62,901 bases of DNA, filler included, from Octopus bimaculoides (GCF_001194135.2; 5 parts of 4 records of this genome joined end to end with filler, not necessarily neighbours in it); one strand, 5' to 3'; counted from the first letter of the whole stretch, positions 39,176 to 50,480 are shown. Notes: generated from the sequence alone by a model not told the origin. Numbers and translations: made by a program.

Positions 39176-39275
39176 NNNNNNNNNNNNNNNNNNNNNNNNN
39201 NNNNNNNNNNNNNNNNNNNTTAATTAATTAANNNNNNNNNNNNNNNNNNNNNNNNNNNNNNNNNNNNNNNNNNNN
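39176..39275. other. Artificial scaffold-joining spacer
   Basis: 44 N + TTAATTAATTAA (39220-39231) + 44 N. Confidence 0.95.
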
Positions 39276-39930
39276 TACACACACATGATAAACGTGTAAT
39301 AGTAATGTTATTTGTATAGGAAAATGATGCTTGTGTGTACTAGTAAGAGATCAAGTGTTTAACAATATAAAGGTGATAAATGCTCTGTTGATCTAAAGAG
39401 AGAGAGAGAGTGTGTTATTAAATGAAATGGAAATTAGAAGGGGAAAGTCAAAGAATTAATGGAGTTAAAAAATTACTTGTTTGAACTAAGTTAATATTTG
39501 TACCAAAATTTACTTCGATATCCACGCTCGATAGGTGTTAATGCAAGGATATACTTATGAATAAAATAAAGTAAAGGGTTCTATTTTGTGTAGAGCAGTA
39601 TGTAATACGTAATAAAGTTGGGAAAAAAATATATTTATATATATGTTTTTGAAGGTAGATGGATGTAAGAAGGAGCAATGAAATTAAAATTATAATGTTA
39701 CGGAGACATACCATATGCGTATAACTTCATTTATTTAATCTTATATTTATTCAAAATACCTCAAATTAACAGGGAGTTTCTACCTCGTAAACAGGAGTTA
39801 CACCAAAGGTATTTTGTGAACTTTNNNNNNNNNNAAACAGGAGTTACACCAAAGGTATTTTGTGAACTTTGCTACCCTGGTAACTATTAACCAATTTATT
39901 TTGTCAGAGTTAATTGTTAACTAAGAGAAA

Positions 39931-41454
39931 TTCATTCGTCTGGCCGAACTTGTACTCTCACTTAACTGCTTCTCGTTTGTGGGTGATTTCTACCAGCAGG
40001 TCTCGGGAGTGGCCATGGAAACGAGAATGGGCCCCAACTATGCGAACCTGTTCGTTGGCTATGTTGAGGCCCAAATATTCTCAAGCGTCACTAGCCCTAC
40101 TCCCAAACTATACGGTCGTTATATTGACGACTGTATCAGTGCCACCTCACACTCCTGCGAACATCTTGACTCGTTCCTCTCTTTTGTCCAATCCTTCCAT
40201 CCTGCCCTCCACTTCTCCTGCACTATCTCTGACACCTCTGTCCCCTTTCTTGACATTTCGGTCAGCATTCATCACTCCACTCTTAGCACCTCCATCCACT
40301 ACAAACACACACTCTTATCTTAACTTCTCCTCCTCCCACCCTAAACACACCAAGCTTTCCATCCCCTATTCCCAATTCCTCCGTCTACGCAGGCTCTGTA
40401 GTGACAGCCATGACTTTGAGACTCAGTCTCAACTCATGGCTTGCCACTTCAGCNNNNNNNNNNNNNNNNNNNNNNNNNNNNNNNNNNNNNNNNNNNNNNN
40501 NNNNNNNNNNNNNNNNNNNNNNNNNNNNNNNNNNNNNNNNNNNNNNNNNNNNNNNNNNNNNNNNNNNNNNNNNNNNNNNNNNNNNNNNNNNNNNNNNNNN
40601 NNNNNNNNNNNNNNNNNNNNNNNNNNNNNNNNNNNNNNNNNNNNNNNNNNNNNNNNNNNNNNNNNNNNNNNNNNNNNNNNNNNNNNNNNNNNNNNNNNNN
40701 NNNNNNNNNNNNNNNNNNNNNNNNNNNNNNNNNNNNNNNNNNNNNNNNNNNNNNNNNNNNNNNNNNNNNNNNNNNNNNNNNNNNNNNNNNNNNNNNNNNN
40801 NNNNNNNNNNNNNNNNNNNNNNNNNNNNNNNNNNNNNNNNNNNNNNNNNNNNNNNNNNNNTCTCTCTTCCTCTCTCCTTGCTTTCTCCCTCCTCCCATAC
40901 CCACCTTCCCCCTCTCTTATATCCACCTTCCCCCTCTCTTATATCCACCTTCCCCCTTCAACGTCAACCCTCCCTCATAAGCTCATCCCACTCCAACACA
41001 CTCCTACCCTACCTTCCCATCCCACCCTAACCTCTGCCTACCCACACTCCACCCATGCATTCACCTCCCCCTTCTCCACCTCCCAACACCACCAAGCACA
41101 CACTAGCACTGACCAACTCCCTTCCCCACATTTTCACACCTTCACACCTACATACGTTAAGATCACCAGCATTCTCTCACACACACGCAGCTTCTCGTCT
41201 TGGGTACACCACTTCTTTGTTATCTCCCCTTTTTCTTAGCTCTCCTGTGTGATCCTTCTGTCCGGCATTTGCCATGATAGATCGCTGACCACTACATTTA
41301 TATTTTTTTTCTCGTTATTTCTTTCTGTGTTCCTTTCAGTTGAAGAGCGTAGCTCGAAACGTCAAAGACTTTCTCTATTCCCGAGCGTTAAACTAATACA
41401 TCCATTTGTTGTTTACACCACCTGTCTTTGTTGTTTTTTTTCATAAATTCTCCC

Positions 41455-41460
<6 letters not shown>
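39931..41460 (+). mobile_element. Penelope-like retroelement, 5'-truncated: RT fragment, gap, C-rich tail
   Basis: RLAELVLSLNCFSFVGDFYQQVSGVAMETRMGPNYANLFVG..YGRYIDDC..FHPALHFS..PFLDISV..YK/HSYLNFSSSHPKHTKLSIPYSQFLRLRRLCS. The GxAMG, RYIDD, PFLD and H..SIPYSQ.LR motifs are diagnostic of PLE reverse transcriptase. Confidence 0.9.
41333..41367 (+). ncRNA. Degenerate minimal type I hammerhead ribozyme motif in the PLE tail
   Basis: CTTT-CAGTTGA-A-GAGC(GTA)GCTC-GAAAC-GTC-AAAG. Stem I is CTTT/AAAG, stem II is GAGC/GCTC and stem III is the palindrome ACGT. The core has two substitutions relative to CUGANGA. Confidence 0.55.
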
Positions 41461-41486
<26 letters not shown>

Positions 41487-41686
41487 TTCTTTTAGTCCAT
41501 TTTTCCATGCTTGCCCTTTCTGATACAAGCCCTTATTTCCTTTTCCAAGTAAAGGATAGCATATTTTACTGATTCCATTGATGTAAAAAAAATGTAAACA
41601 AACGCACACACACATTCACACATGAATACACATGCACATGCACTGGTGTATAAAAATATATGTGTATGTATGAGTGTGTATGTGCA

Positions 41687-41720
<34 letters not shown>

Positions 41721-42262
41721 GTAACCTAAAAGCTGCCTGGTAGGGTAGGTTTTAAGCTAGTATATAGCTTTTAAGCAACTGACCCTGAATAGGAAGATCT
41801 GCAAACAGATCTCTGACTTGTTTTGGAGAATTTGTTGCAATTACTTCCTCCAGATTCATATCCCAATGATGATCATATTTGATGCAAAAAATTCATGTAA
41901 AAAAAGATCACCGAAAACAATCGTAATAATGAAAACCTAAGAATCCAAAATTTCCAGATTGCAGGTCTGGATTTGGCCCGGAATGTTTTTAATTTACTCA
42001 CAGAGTTAGCCTTTAGATTATAAAAATTGTTGTCATACAAAAAAAAATGTCACAAAAAGTCATGTAAAAAGATCTCTGAAAACAATCGCAGTAATGAAAA
42101 CTTGGGAATCCAAAATTTCAAGATTGTGGGATTGGATTTGGCTCAGAATATTTTTGAATTACTCAAGGAGTCAGCCTGATTCCACAATGGGATATGGCCC
42201 CTAGGAGTAAAACTGAAAAAGTGTGACACACTGACATTCATATTTATTGTATATATTATATT

Positions 42263-42470
42263 AAGGCAGCGAGCAGGCAGAATCATTACCATGCCAGGTG
42301 AAATGCTTAGCAGTATTTTATCTGCTGTTAGGTTTTGAGTTTGAATTCCGCCGAGGTCGACTTTGTCTCTTACAAGGTCAATAAAATTAGTACCTGTTAT
42401 GTACTGGAGTTGTTGTAATCGACTTAATCCCTTCCCTCAAAATTTGGGGTCTTGTGCTTCCTGTAGAAAA
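42263..42470 (+). mobile_element. tRNA-derived SINE
   Basis: AAGGCAGCGAGCAGGCAGAATC..GAAATGCTTAGCAGTATTT..GAGTTTGAATTCCGCCGAGGTCGAC; same family as 12250. Confidence 0.8.
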
Positions 42471-42821
42471 GATTTATTAAAGTCGAAAAAGTGTGACAAA
42501 CTGACATTCCTATTTATTAAATTATATATGTTTAATTTTGGGTAAACCTTATTCCAATTAAAGTGTATTTTATATATATATTCTAGCAGAGATATGTGGT
42601 GTTGCTCAGGATTAAAATAGCAGAGTCTTACTTGTTTCGGTCGTGTGACTATGGCCATGCTGGAGCACCGCCTTTAGTTGAAGAAATCGACCCCAGTTTT
42701 ATTAGTCTTAAATATTCTAGCTTAAACTATTGCATCGTTTAAATATGTGCTAATACTATCTTTGTTATTATTTTAATCTTAAACGGAACCTATGAACTAC
42801 TTTTAACTTTCACCATCCTGT

Positions 42822-43240
42822 ATCATCATCATCATTTAACGTCTACTCTCCATGCTGGAATGGGTTAGACGATGTGACTGGAGCTGATAAGCTAGAGAGC
42901 TGCACCAAGTTCCAGTCTGATTTGGCAAGGTTTCTATGGCTGGATGCTCTTCCTAATGCCAACTACTCCAGAAGTGTAACGGGTGCTTTCATGTGCCACT
43001 TAAATGGCAGCAACTGTGACTATGGGTGCCATTTACACTGCACTGGCAACGACCATGACGATTCATGGGTGCCTTTTACATGGTACCAGCACTGACCATG
43101 ACTATGATTCACGGATGCTACTTACATGGAACTGTCAATGACCATGACTACGATTCATAGATGCAATTTACATGGCACCATCAATAACCAGAACTATGAT
43201 TCACAGGTGCCATTTACATGATACAGTCAATGACCACAAC
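42822..43240 (-). mobile_element. RTE-type 3' tail with (GAT)n end and an internal array of about 45-bp units
   Basis: 42822-42995 is the reverse complement of the RTE tail at 43545-43715 and 46660-46830. Confidence 0.75.
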
Positions 43241-43244
43241 CAAA

Positions 43245-43715
43245 CTGAATTCGATGACTGGCACCCGTGCCAGTAGGGCGCTTAACAGCACCATCCAAGC
43301 GTGATCATTGCCAGACCAGCTGTCTGGTTTCTATGCCGGTGGCACGTAAAAAGCACCATTCGAGCGTGTTCACTACCAGCGTCGCCTTACTGGCACTTGT
43401 GCTGGTGGCACATAAAAAACATTTGAGCGAAATCGTTGCCAGTGCCGATGGGCTGGGCTTCTGTGCAGGTGGCACATAAAAAACAACATTTGAGCGTGGC
43501 TGTTGCCAGTACCGCCTGACTAGCCCTCATACCGGTGGCACGTAAAAGCACCCACTACACTCTCGGATGCGTTAGGAAGGGCATCCAGCAGTAGAAACCT
43601 ACCAGATCAGATTGGAGCCTGGTGCAGCCATCTGGTTTGCCTGTCCTCAGTCAAATTGTCCAACCCATGCTAGCATGGAAAGCAGACGTTAAACGATGAT
43701 GATGATGATGATGAT
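43245..43715 (+). mobile_element. RTE-type 3' UTR/tail ending in (GAT)n
   Basis: GCACCCACTACACTCTCGG..TTAGGAAGGGCATCCAGC..CCAACCCATGCTAGCATGGAAAGCAGACGTTAAACGATGATGAT. The same tail follows RTE coding sequence at 45904-46830. Confidence 0.8.
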
Positions 43716-43772
43716 ATATATATGTAAATATATATTTGAATATATACTTTGTGGTGGCCTAAATGCATGTAC

Positions 43773-43818
<46 letters not shown>

Positions 43819-43870
43819 NNNNNNNNNNNNNNNNNNNNNNNNNNNNNNNNNNNNNNNNNNNNNNNNNNNN

Positions 43871-45407
43871 ATAAGACCAGTTAAAAAACTGCTGAAATGA
43901 ACTCCTTGCTGACCAAAATATTTCAGTATTTTTCATTATAGATTCATAATTGGCAAATAGAAAAGGATATATACAAAAACCTAAAGAAATGTTTAATATT
44001 TAATGCACAAATATGCATTGTACAAAAACAAACAATATTTTACCTGGTCAAAAATTTAAGACCATGACAAATAAAAAATTTTAATCTGGTATAAACAATA
44101 AAAATTCTGGCATTTATGTTCAAACTTTGTGTCAACAACTGCTGGCTACTCCTGGTCTATTTGACAACAACAATGGGTAAAGCTAAAATTCTGATGAAAT
44201 TTGAACGTCGTAGAATTGTAGAGCTTCAGAAGCAAGGTTTTTCTCAATGTGCCATCTCCAGTGAAATTGGTTGCAGTAAAACTGTCATTGTGAACTTCCT
44301 GAGACATATGGACTGAAAAAAATTTCACTGGTGTTGAGTAGAAGGATTCGACACGATGTTAGGAAAGACATTAGTTGATCATCAAAGACATTAGTTGATC
44401 ATCATTTGAAGATCATCAAATTTTTGAAGGCACTTGCAGATGTGGAATGCCGCTCAAGGATGATAAAATAACATTTGAGAGAGAGAGGCTTTAAAAATCT
44501 TAAACATCTTCAGAGAACCTGTCTTCTTCCACACCAGAAAACTACTTATTTAGAATTTGCTCAGAATTACCAGACCTGAGATGTTCGCAACTGGAAGGAA
44601 GTTTTATTTTCAGATGAGAAGAAATTCAACCTTGATAGTCCTGATGGTTTCCAACAATATTGGCATGCAAAAGACATTCCAGTGGAGACTTTTTCAATCA
44701 AGCACAGTGGTGGAGGCTCTATCATGGTGTGGAGTGCTTTCTCATGCAGAGGAACTACGGAAATTCAGGTTGTGCAGGGATGTCAAAAAGCAGCTGGCTA
44801 TGTTGGCATGTTGGAGCAGGCATCACACTTGACTGAAGGCCTTCGTTTGTGTGGACAAGACTGGATTTATCAACAGGATAATGTTACAATTCATAATGCT
44901 CACAGGCCGAAGAATTTCTTCAGAACAAATAACATTCATCTTTTGAATCATCCTCCATGTTCTCTTGACCTAAACCCGATCGAAAATCTTAAGGCAAGAG
45001 ACATTTACAAAAATGGAATGCGATTTGAGACTGTAGATACTCTTCGTCAGGTAGTCTTCACCTCATGTCTAACATTCTGGATAACCTCCTGCAAATGCTT
45101 GTGTCAAGTATACCACAGCGAATTTTTGAAGTTATTCACAGGAATGGTGGTACTATTAACTATTGAGACCTTTATTCATTGTTTTCATTTTTTACTTTTA
45201 TGGTCTTAACTTTTTGACCAGGCAAAATATTGTTAGTTTTCATACAATGCATATTTTGTGCATTAAACGTTAAACATTTCTTTAGGTTTTTGTATATCCT
45301 TTTCTATTTGCCAATTATGAATCTATAATGAAAAATAGTCAAATATATCGGTCTGTAAGTTCATTTTGGCAGTTTTTTAACTGGTCTTACGATTTTGTTC
45401 AGCATTG
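43871..45407 (+). mobile_element. Tc1/Tc3-like (DD34E) transposon with long TIRs of about 210 bp; inactivated
   Basis: 43871-44078 is the reverse complement of about 45187-45390. The right end is CAGCATTG|TA and the left tip lies in the gap. Transposase starts at 44173 (MGKAK..) with [13 protein letters not shown] and LNPIENL motifs (34 residues from D to E), plus stops and frameshifts. Confidence 0.92.
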
Positions 45408-45435
45408 TATACAGACACACACATAAATATGCACA

Positions 45436-45649
45436 TAAGGTGAACCAAAAGTAACACCCAATTCTGTTTTAGGGTTGACATGTATGACTTCCCAACTGGG
45501 AGATATTTAACTCTTAATACATGTTTTATGCAGTGGGATATCAAAGAGTATTAGCAACATGATACATTCTCCAAAACTGTCATTAATAACCTGCAAAATA
45601 AAAAAGGTATCATTTCCCAGAAACTGGGTACTACTTTTGACTCACCCTG
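45436..45649. mobile_element. Tc1/mariner-type MITE (214 bp)
   Basis: About 25-bp imperfect TIRs (TAAGGTGAACCAAAAGTAACACCCA vs CAGGGTGAGTCAAAAGTAGTACCCA, all transitions); TA on the right. Confidence 0.7.
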
Positions 45650-45808
45650 TATGTATGTGTATATATATATGCCGCTGTGTGGTAAGAAGTTTGCTTCCCA
45701 ACCACATGGCTCCAGGTTCAGTCTGGAATTGAAACAGCTGTCAGGTGTTGTCATATTTTATAATTAATAAATAATTTTATGAATTACCTCTCCATTTTCT
45801 CCTCCTTC

Positions 45809-45888
<80 letters not shown>

Positions 45889-45903
45889 TATATATATATA
45901 CAT

Positions 45904-46830
45904 CTTCTCACTCAGAGTGAAAGATAGATTGTACGATGCATGTGTGTGAAGTGCCATGCTTCACAGCAGTGAAATATGGGTCGTGACTGCTAAAGACATG
46001 CATAGGCTCGAAAGAAATTAAGCTTGCATGATCCACTGGATGTGTAATGTCAGTGTGCACACATGACAGAGTGTAGGCACCCTGAGAGAAATGTTAGACA
46101 TAAGAAGCATTGGATGTGGCGTGCAAGAAAGATGTTTGCATTGGTATGGTCATGTATTGCGGATGGACGCGGAGAGCTGTGTGAAGAAGCGCCACTCCTA
46201 ATGAGTGGAAGGAATCCGGGGTAGAGGGAGACCCAGGAAGACATGGGAAGAGGTGGTGAAGCATAACTTTCGAATGTTGGGCCTCACAGGGGCAATGACA
46301 AAAGAGCAAGACCGCTGAAAGTATGCTGTGACTGAGAAGACCCAGCAAATAAAGTGAGTTCACAGCTGTAACTTACACCAGCGTCGCATAACTAGCCCAC
46401 TCAAAAGTACCTAGGATCGTAGGGCGGCATGCTGTGCTTGAGGAGACCTATTGAGTAAAGTACATCAACATTAATATCAAAATCAAATCAAATCAAATGG
46501 AAATTGTAGTTGTGACCCTCGTGCCAGTGGCATGTAAAAAGCACCATCTGAATGTGGCTAATGCCAGTGCTGTCTTGACTGGTTTCCGTACCAGTGGCAC
46601 ATAGAAAGCACCATCCAATCATGGTCGAAGCCAGCTTCTCTGGCTCCTGTGCCAGTGGCACGTAAAAGGCACCCACTACACTCTCAGAGTGGTTGGCGTT
46701 AGGAAGGGTATCCAGCTGTAGAAACACTGGCAGATCAGATTGGGGCCAGGTGCAGCCTCCTGGCTTCCCAGACCCCAGCTGAATCGTCAAACCCATGCCA
46801 GCATGGAAAAACGGATATTAAATGATGATG
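45904..46830 (+). mobile_element. RTE-clade LINE, 5'-truncated: ORF2 C-terminus, 3' UTR and (GAT)n
   Basis: LSLRVKDRLYDACV*SAMLHSSEIW..RCLHWYGHVLRMD..VEGIRGRGRPRKTWEEVVKH..DR*KYAVTEKT. HWYGHV.R and RGRP.K.W are RTE hallmarks. Confidence 0.9.
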
Positions 46831-46909
46831 ATACATACATACATATATACACATACATAAATACATACATACATACATACATACACACACATATACTCTC
46901 TTATTCTTT

Positions 46910-47090
46910 TACTTATTTCAGTCATTTGACTGTAGCCATGCTGGAGCACTGCCTTTTAGTTGAAGAAATCAACCCCAGGACTTATTCTTTGTAAGCCTGA
47001 TACTTATTCTATCGAGATCTTTTAGTGAACTGCTAAGTTACGGGAACGTGAACACACCAGCACCAACTGTCAAGCAGGGGGGGGGAGAAC
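46910..47090 (-). mobile_element. SINE 3' tail
   Basis: TTTCAGTCATTTGACTGTAGCCATGCTGGAGCAC..CCCAGGACTTATTCTTTGTAAGCC..CTAAGTTACGGG; reverse complement of the tail of the 62520 SINE. Confidence 0.8.
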
Positions 47091-47094
47091 AAAC

Positions 47095-47435
47095 ACAAAT
47101 AAATTTCAATAAAGCAGAATGGGAATCAATCCACAAAGAGATCCACAAACAAAACTGGTCCAACGTCCTATGTAAGCAAGACAACTGTATCATTGCTAAC
47201 CTGCCACCCTCTCTATATACCTGTGTCTCATCACTCACTGCATTTACACTTTCATGAACTCCTTGCCCATGCACTGTGAGCAATCTTCTACCACTCCATT
47301 TATATTCACATCCTTGTCCCTTGAGAGTATGTCCTAGCACATGACCACTATCTCTTATTCCCTCTCTCTCCCTCCAACTGGGGTAACCATGTATCTCCTC
47401 TACAGCAAGACACCTGTTTCTGTCCCTCTGTCTAA
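47095..47435 (+). mobile_element. Possible CR1/L2-group LINE remnant
   Basis: NFNKAEWESIHKEIHKQNWSNVL resembles the NF.KA.W..I...L...W linker of CR1/L2 ORF2. Only this short patch supports the call. Confidence 0.4.
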
Positions 47436-48042
47436 ATCACCTAGTCCAATCTAAAAAGTAAAACCCATGCCAAAGCACACAGTGGAGCTTGGCACAGTCT
47501 TCTGGCTTATCAACTCCTGTCAAACTAATCCAACCCATACCAGTATGGAAGATGGATGCTAAATGATGATGATGTAAATAAACAAACATATAGGAAATCT
47601 TTGTGGCTAAAGATGTTACCAGGTTGTGAATAGTGTGTTTTGCATAAATTTTGTAATTAGAACCAGAGACTATAATGGAAAGTAAGCTAAAAAACTGATA
47701 GGGCAGCCCTAATTTGAGATTGTGTACAGAGGCCATTTCACACTGACCAAAAGACTAGAACACAAAGCACGGTCAGTTAACAATCCATTTGGCAATTTCA
47801 CAGTGTTACCTGTGATTCAGTAGCAAATTATTCTTACACTGAAAATTCCTTGACCCAGAGGTATAAGGAAGTGCCTGAAATGATGAAATAGGAACTAACG
47901 AGCCAATAGTCTGATATACTTATATCATCTGACCCTTTTCCTTCAACTGTTCATATAACCATAGACAAAGTTATCAACATGGTATTGACACATACATTAA
48001 AAAAAAGGATGAACTTCTCTCATTTAAAAACAGACTACTTAC

Positions 48043-48163
48043 AATTTTAATGGCAGCCAGTATCTGGTTGGTACTAGCATTGCTGAGTGATGTCAATGGC
48101 ATTTCAATGGTTAATCTCATGACAGCTTGGTTTAGTTCTTTAATGGCAATATTATAGGAATGT
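48043..48163 (-). CDS. EIF2B5: eIF2B epsilon, W2-domain exon (third visible exon, 121 bp)
   Basis: TTTCTTGCAG acceptor and ATT|GTAAGT donor. It encodes (K)HSYNIAIKELNQAVMRLTIEMPLTSLSNASTNQILAAIKI and continues EINSLK in phase, as in the conserved EINSLKYAYN motif. Confidence 0.88.
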
Positions 48164-48679
48164 CTGCAAGAAACCAAAAGCAATACATATGAAAAAAATT
48201 AAAAAACCCAGAAGGAATTACTCGTTAGGGTTTTGTCATAGCAAACACATATAGGTTGTGCAGATTAACTCTCCTTTAATCCCAACTCAATATTTTAGGA
48301 AGGGGTTGGTGGTGGTTGTGGCAAAATCCAGATTAGCTTTTATTAACCCATTTGTATCCAGTCACAATTTATGTTCCTAACACTAGCTGAATGATAACTA
48401 AGTTATTTTACTCAATTCTTTGTTATACAACTGTGTAGGCGCAAGGCGAGGGGGGATCCTGTGTCTGTTGACTGTGGTGGTCTTACGCAGTGGTGGTCTT
48501 ATGCAGTGGTGGGAAAGGTTCCTTGTTTGCGCTTGGTGTAGCCAGGTTGGCTGCTGCACAATCTTTTGCGCTATGCACAGAGAAGTCTCTTGCTTAGCTG
48601 CTGCCTTGCACATAACCTCTGAAGACCGCACTTCTTTTGTATATTTTTTTTAAGAATATATATAATTATATATCCTTTC

Positions 48680-49187
48680 CTTCATTGGACACTAAACTCT
48701 GCTTGCGATGACCTGTTGAAGCAAGTGAAATCAAAATCAAATTCGATGACTGGCATCCGTGCTAGTGGAGAGCTAAGAGCACCATCCAAGCATGATCGTT
48801 GCCAGAGCAGCTGACTGGCTTCCATGCCAGTGGCATGTAAAAAAGCACCATTCAAGCGTTATCGCTACCATCGTCACCTTACTGGCATTTGTGCCGGTGA
48901 CACAGGAAAAAACATTCGAGCGAGATTATTGACAGTGCCGCTGGACTGGCTCCTGTGCAGGTTGCACGTAAAAAACACCATTTGAGTGTGGTTGTTACCA
49001 GTACTGCCTGACTGGCCTTCGTGCCGGTGGCACATAAAAGCACCCACTATACACTCGGAGTGGTTGGCATTAGGAAAGGCATCCAGCTGTAGAAACTCTG
49101 CCAGATCAGATTGGAGCCTGGTGCAGCCATCTGGTTCGCCAGTCCTCAGCCAAATCGTCCAACACATGCCAGCATGGAAAGCGGATG

Positions 49188-49225
<38 letters not shown>
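48680..49225 (+). mobile_element. RTE-type 3' UTR/tail with four units of about 65 bp and (GAT)n
   Basis: Same tail as 43245-43715; lies in an EIF2B5 intron, antisense to the gene. Confidence 0.8.
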
Positions 49226-49227
<2 letters not shown>

Positions 49228-50338
49228 ATGATATTTAAAGTAATTGAAATAAACAGAGCATCTCAAAATAAACACAGTAACAAAAGGGTTAAACAGACCT
49301 ATAAGCTCATAGGTAATCTAGTCAAACAATTAAGTAGGACTCACACATCCATTGTCCCAGATATACCATACTTCTACCTACCTGGAATTCACACTGCACT
49401 CTCCAACATGTATGGGGATGCAGTATTACAGTCTGAACACATTGTACACTCTCTACACTGCCCTGGCTATTTCTGTATACCTGTAAATTCTGGTGGTGAC
49501 CACAGCAGAGGAAGGCAAGGTGGATTGGTCAAAAGTTATTGTAACTTTGCAATTATTATTGGCGGTGTACATGGAAATTGACCTCACTGGTGCAGTAAAA
49601 CAGAAGAATGAGTACACAGAAGAAAAAAAAAACAGATTAAAGGACAACAGAGCAGAGAGAAAAACAACAGCAAAAATATAAAGCAATGAAGGAGCTAGAA
49701 ACAGCAGTTAAAATTTCTCACACACTAGCCTTAAAAAAATAGATCTATTAGTTTATGCAGTCTGAAATAACCAATAGTGTTTAGGAAAAAGACAGGATGG
49801 TCACATATAGAATGCATAGTTCTGTTATATGACAGAATATTTGAAGTGAATGGATACAAATATTTGTAGGGAAGGGATACAAAAAATATGGGAGCGGATT
49901 ATGTTTAAGGTTCTTGTTTTGTAGGAAAGGGGTTTTAAGACAATATACACTGGAGTAATGTATTGGAGCTTGATGAGGATCAAGGTAATAAAAGTTATGA
50001 CCAGAATGTAGATGATAATGAGACCTTGTAGACAATAGCAACTGAAGCATCTATTAAAACAAATCACTTTTACAATTTGATAGCCTTTCCTACACTATCA
50101 CAATGGCATGATAAACAAAGCAGTCAACTAGATTCAGTGCGCAATAGACATAGTAACTGGGATTGCATTCAGTCTAATGTTTTCAGCATTCCAGTAATAT
50201 AAACTTAGACACTGTGCATCAACTTCGCTTGATATATTTTTCAGGTGAAGTTTCCCTCACAAATTATATTAATTAATTGAACAAGAGTATTTGATCAATC
50301 AACAGCAGAGGTAAACTAGTAAAAAACAGCAAACTTAC

Positions 50339-50429
50339 TTCAAAGAATTTATTTCAAGAATAAGGTTATCAGGCCTGATGTTTTCTTCTTCAGCACGTAA
50401 TAGTGTATCTCTAAGTTCAGTGTAAAACA
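50339..50429 (-). CDS. EIF2B5: eIF2B epsilon exon (second visible exon, 91 bp), start of W2 domain
   Basis: Long T tract plus CTTGTAG acceptor and GAA|GTAAGT donor. It encodes (M)FYTELRDTLLRAEEENIRPDNLILEINSL(K), matching the eIF2B epsilon F..EV..TL.RG.EEN...DNL.LEINSLK motif. Confidence 0.92.
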
Positions 50430-50480
50430 CTACAAGAAAGAAAAAAAAAAAAAAAGAAAGTATACACATACATAGATACA

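Noticed and set aside
39789-39870. 36-bp exact direct repeat around a 10-N gap
   Set aside because: Typical unmerged contig overlap, so an assembly artefact.
42990-43240. Regularly spaced repeats resembling a CRISPR array (also the RTE 65-bp units)
   Set aside because: The units are contiguous diverged tandem copies without unique spacers, in eukaryotic DNA with no cas genes.
48430-48640. GC-richer patch with H.AKDC on the minus strand, possibly a gag-like zinc knuckle
   Set aside because: The knuckle cysteines are missing and there is a stop; too short to classify.
49380-49590. Exon-like minus-strand patches (RSISMYTANNNCKVTITFDQS.. and VYRNSQGS..) inside an EIF2B5 intron
   Set aside because: The flanking EIF2B5 exons join perfectly without them, and the faint likeness to an adaptin ear domain is too weak to support.
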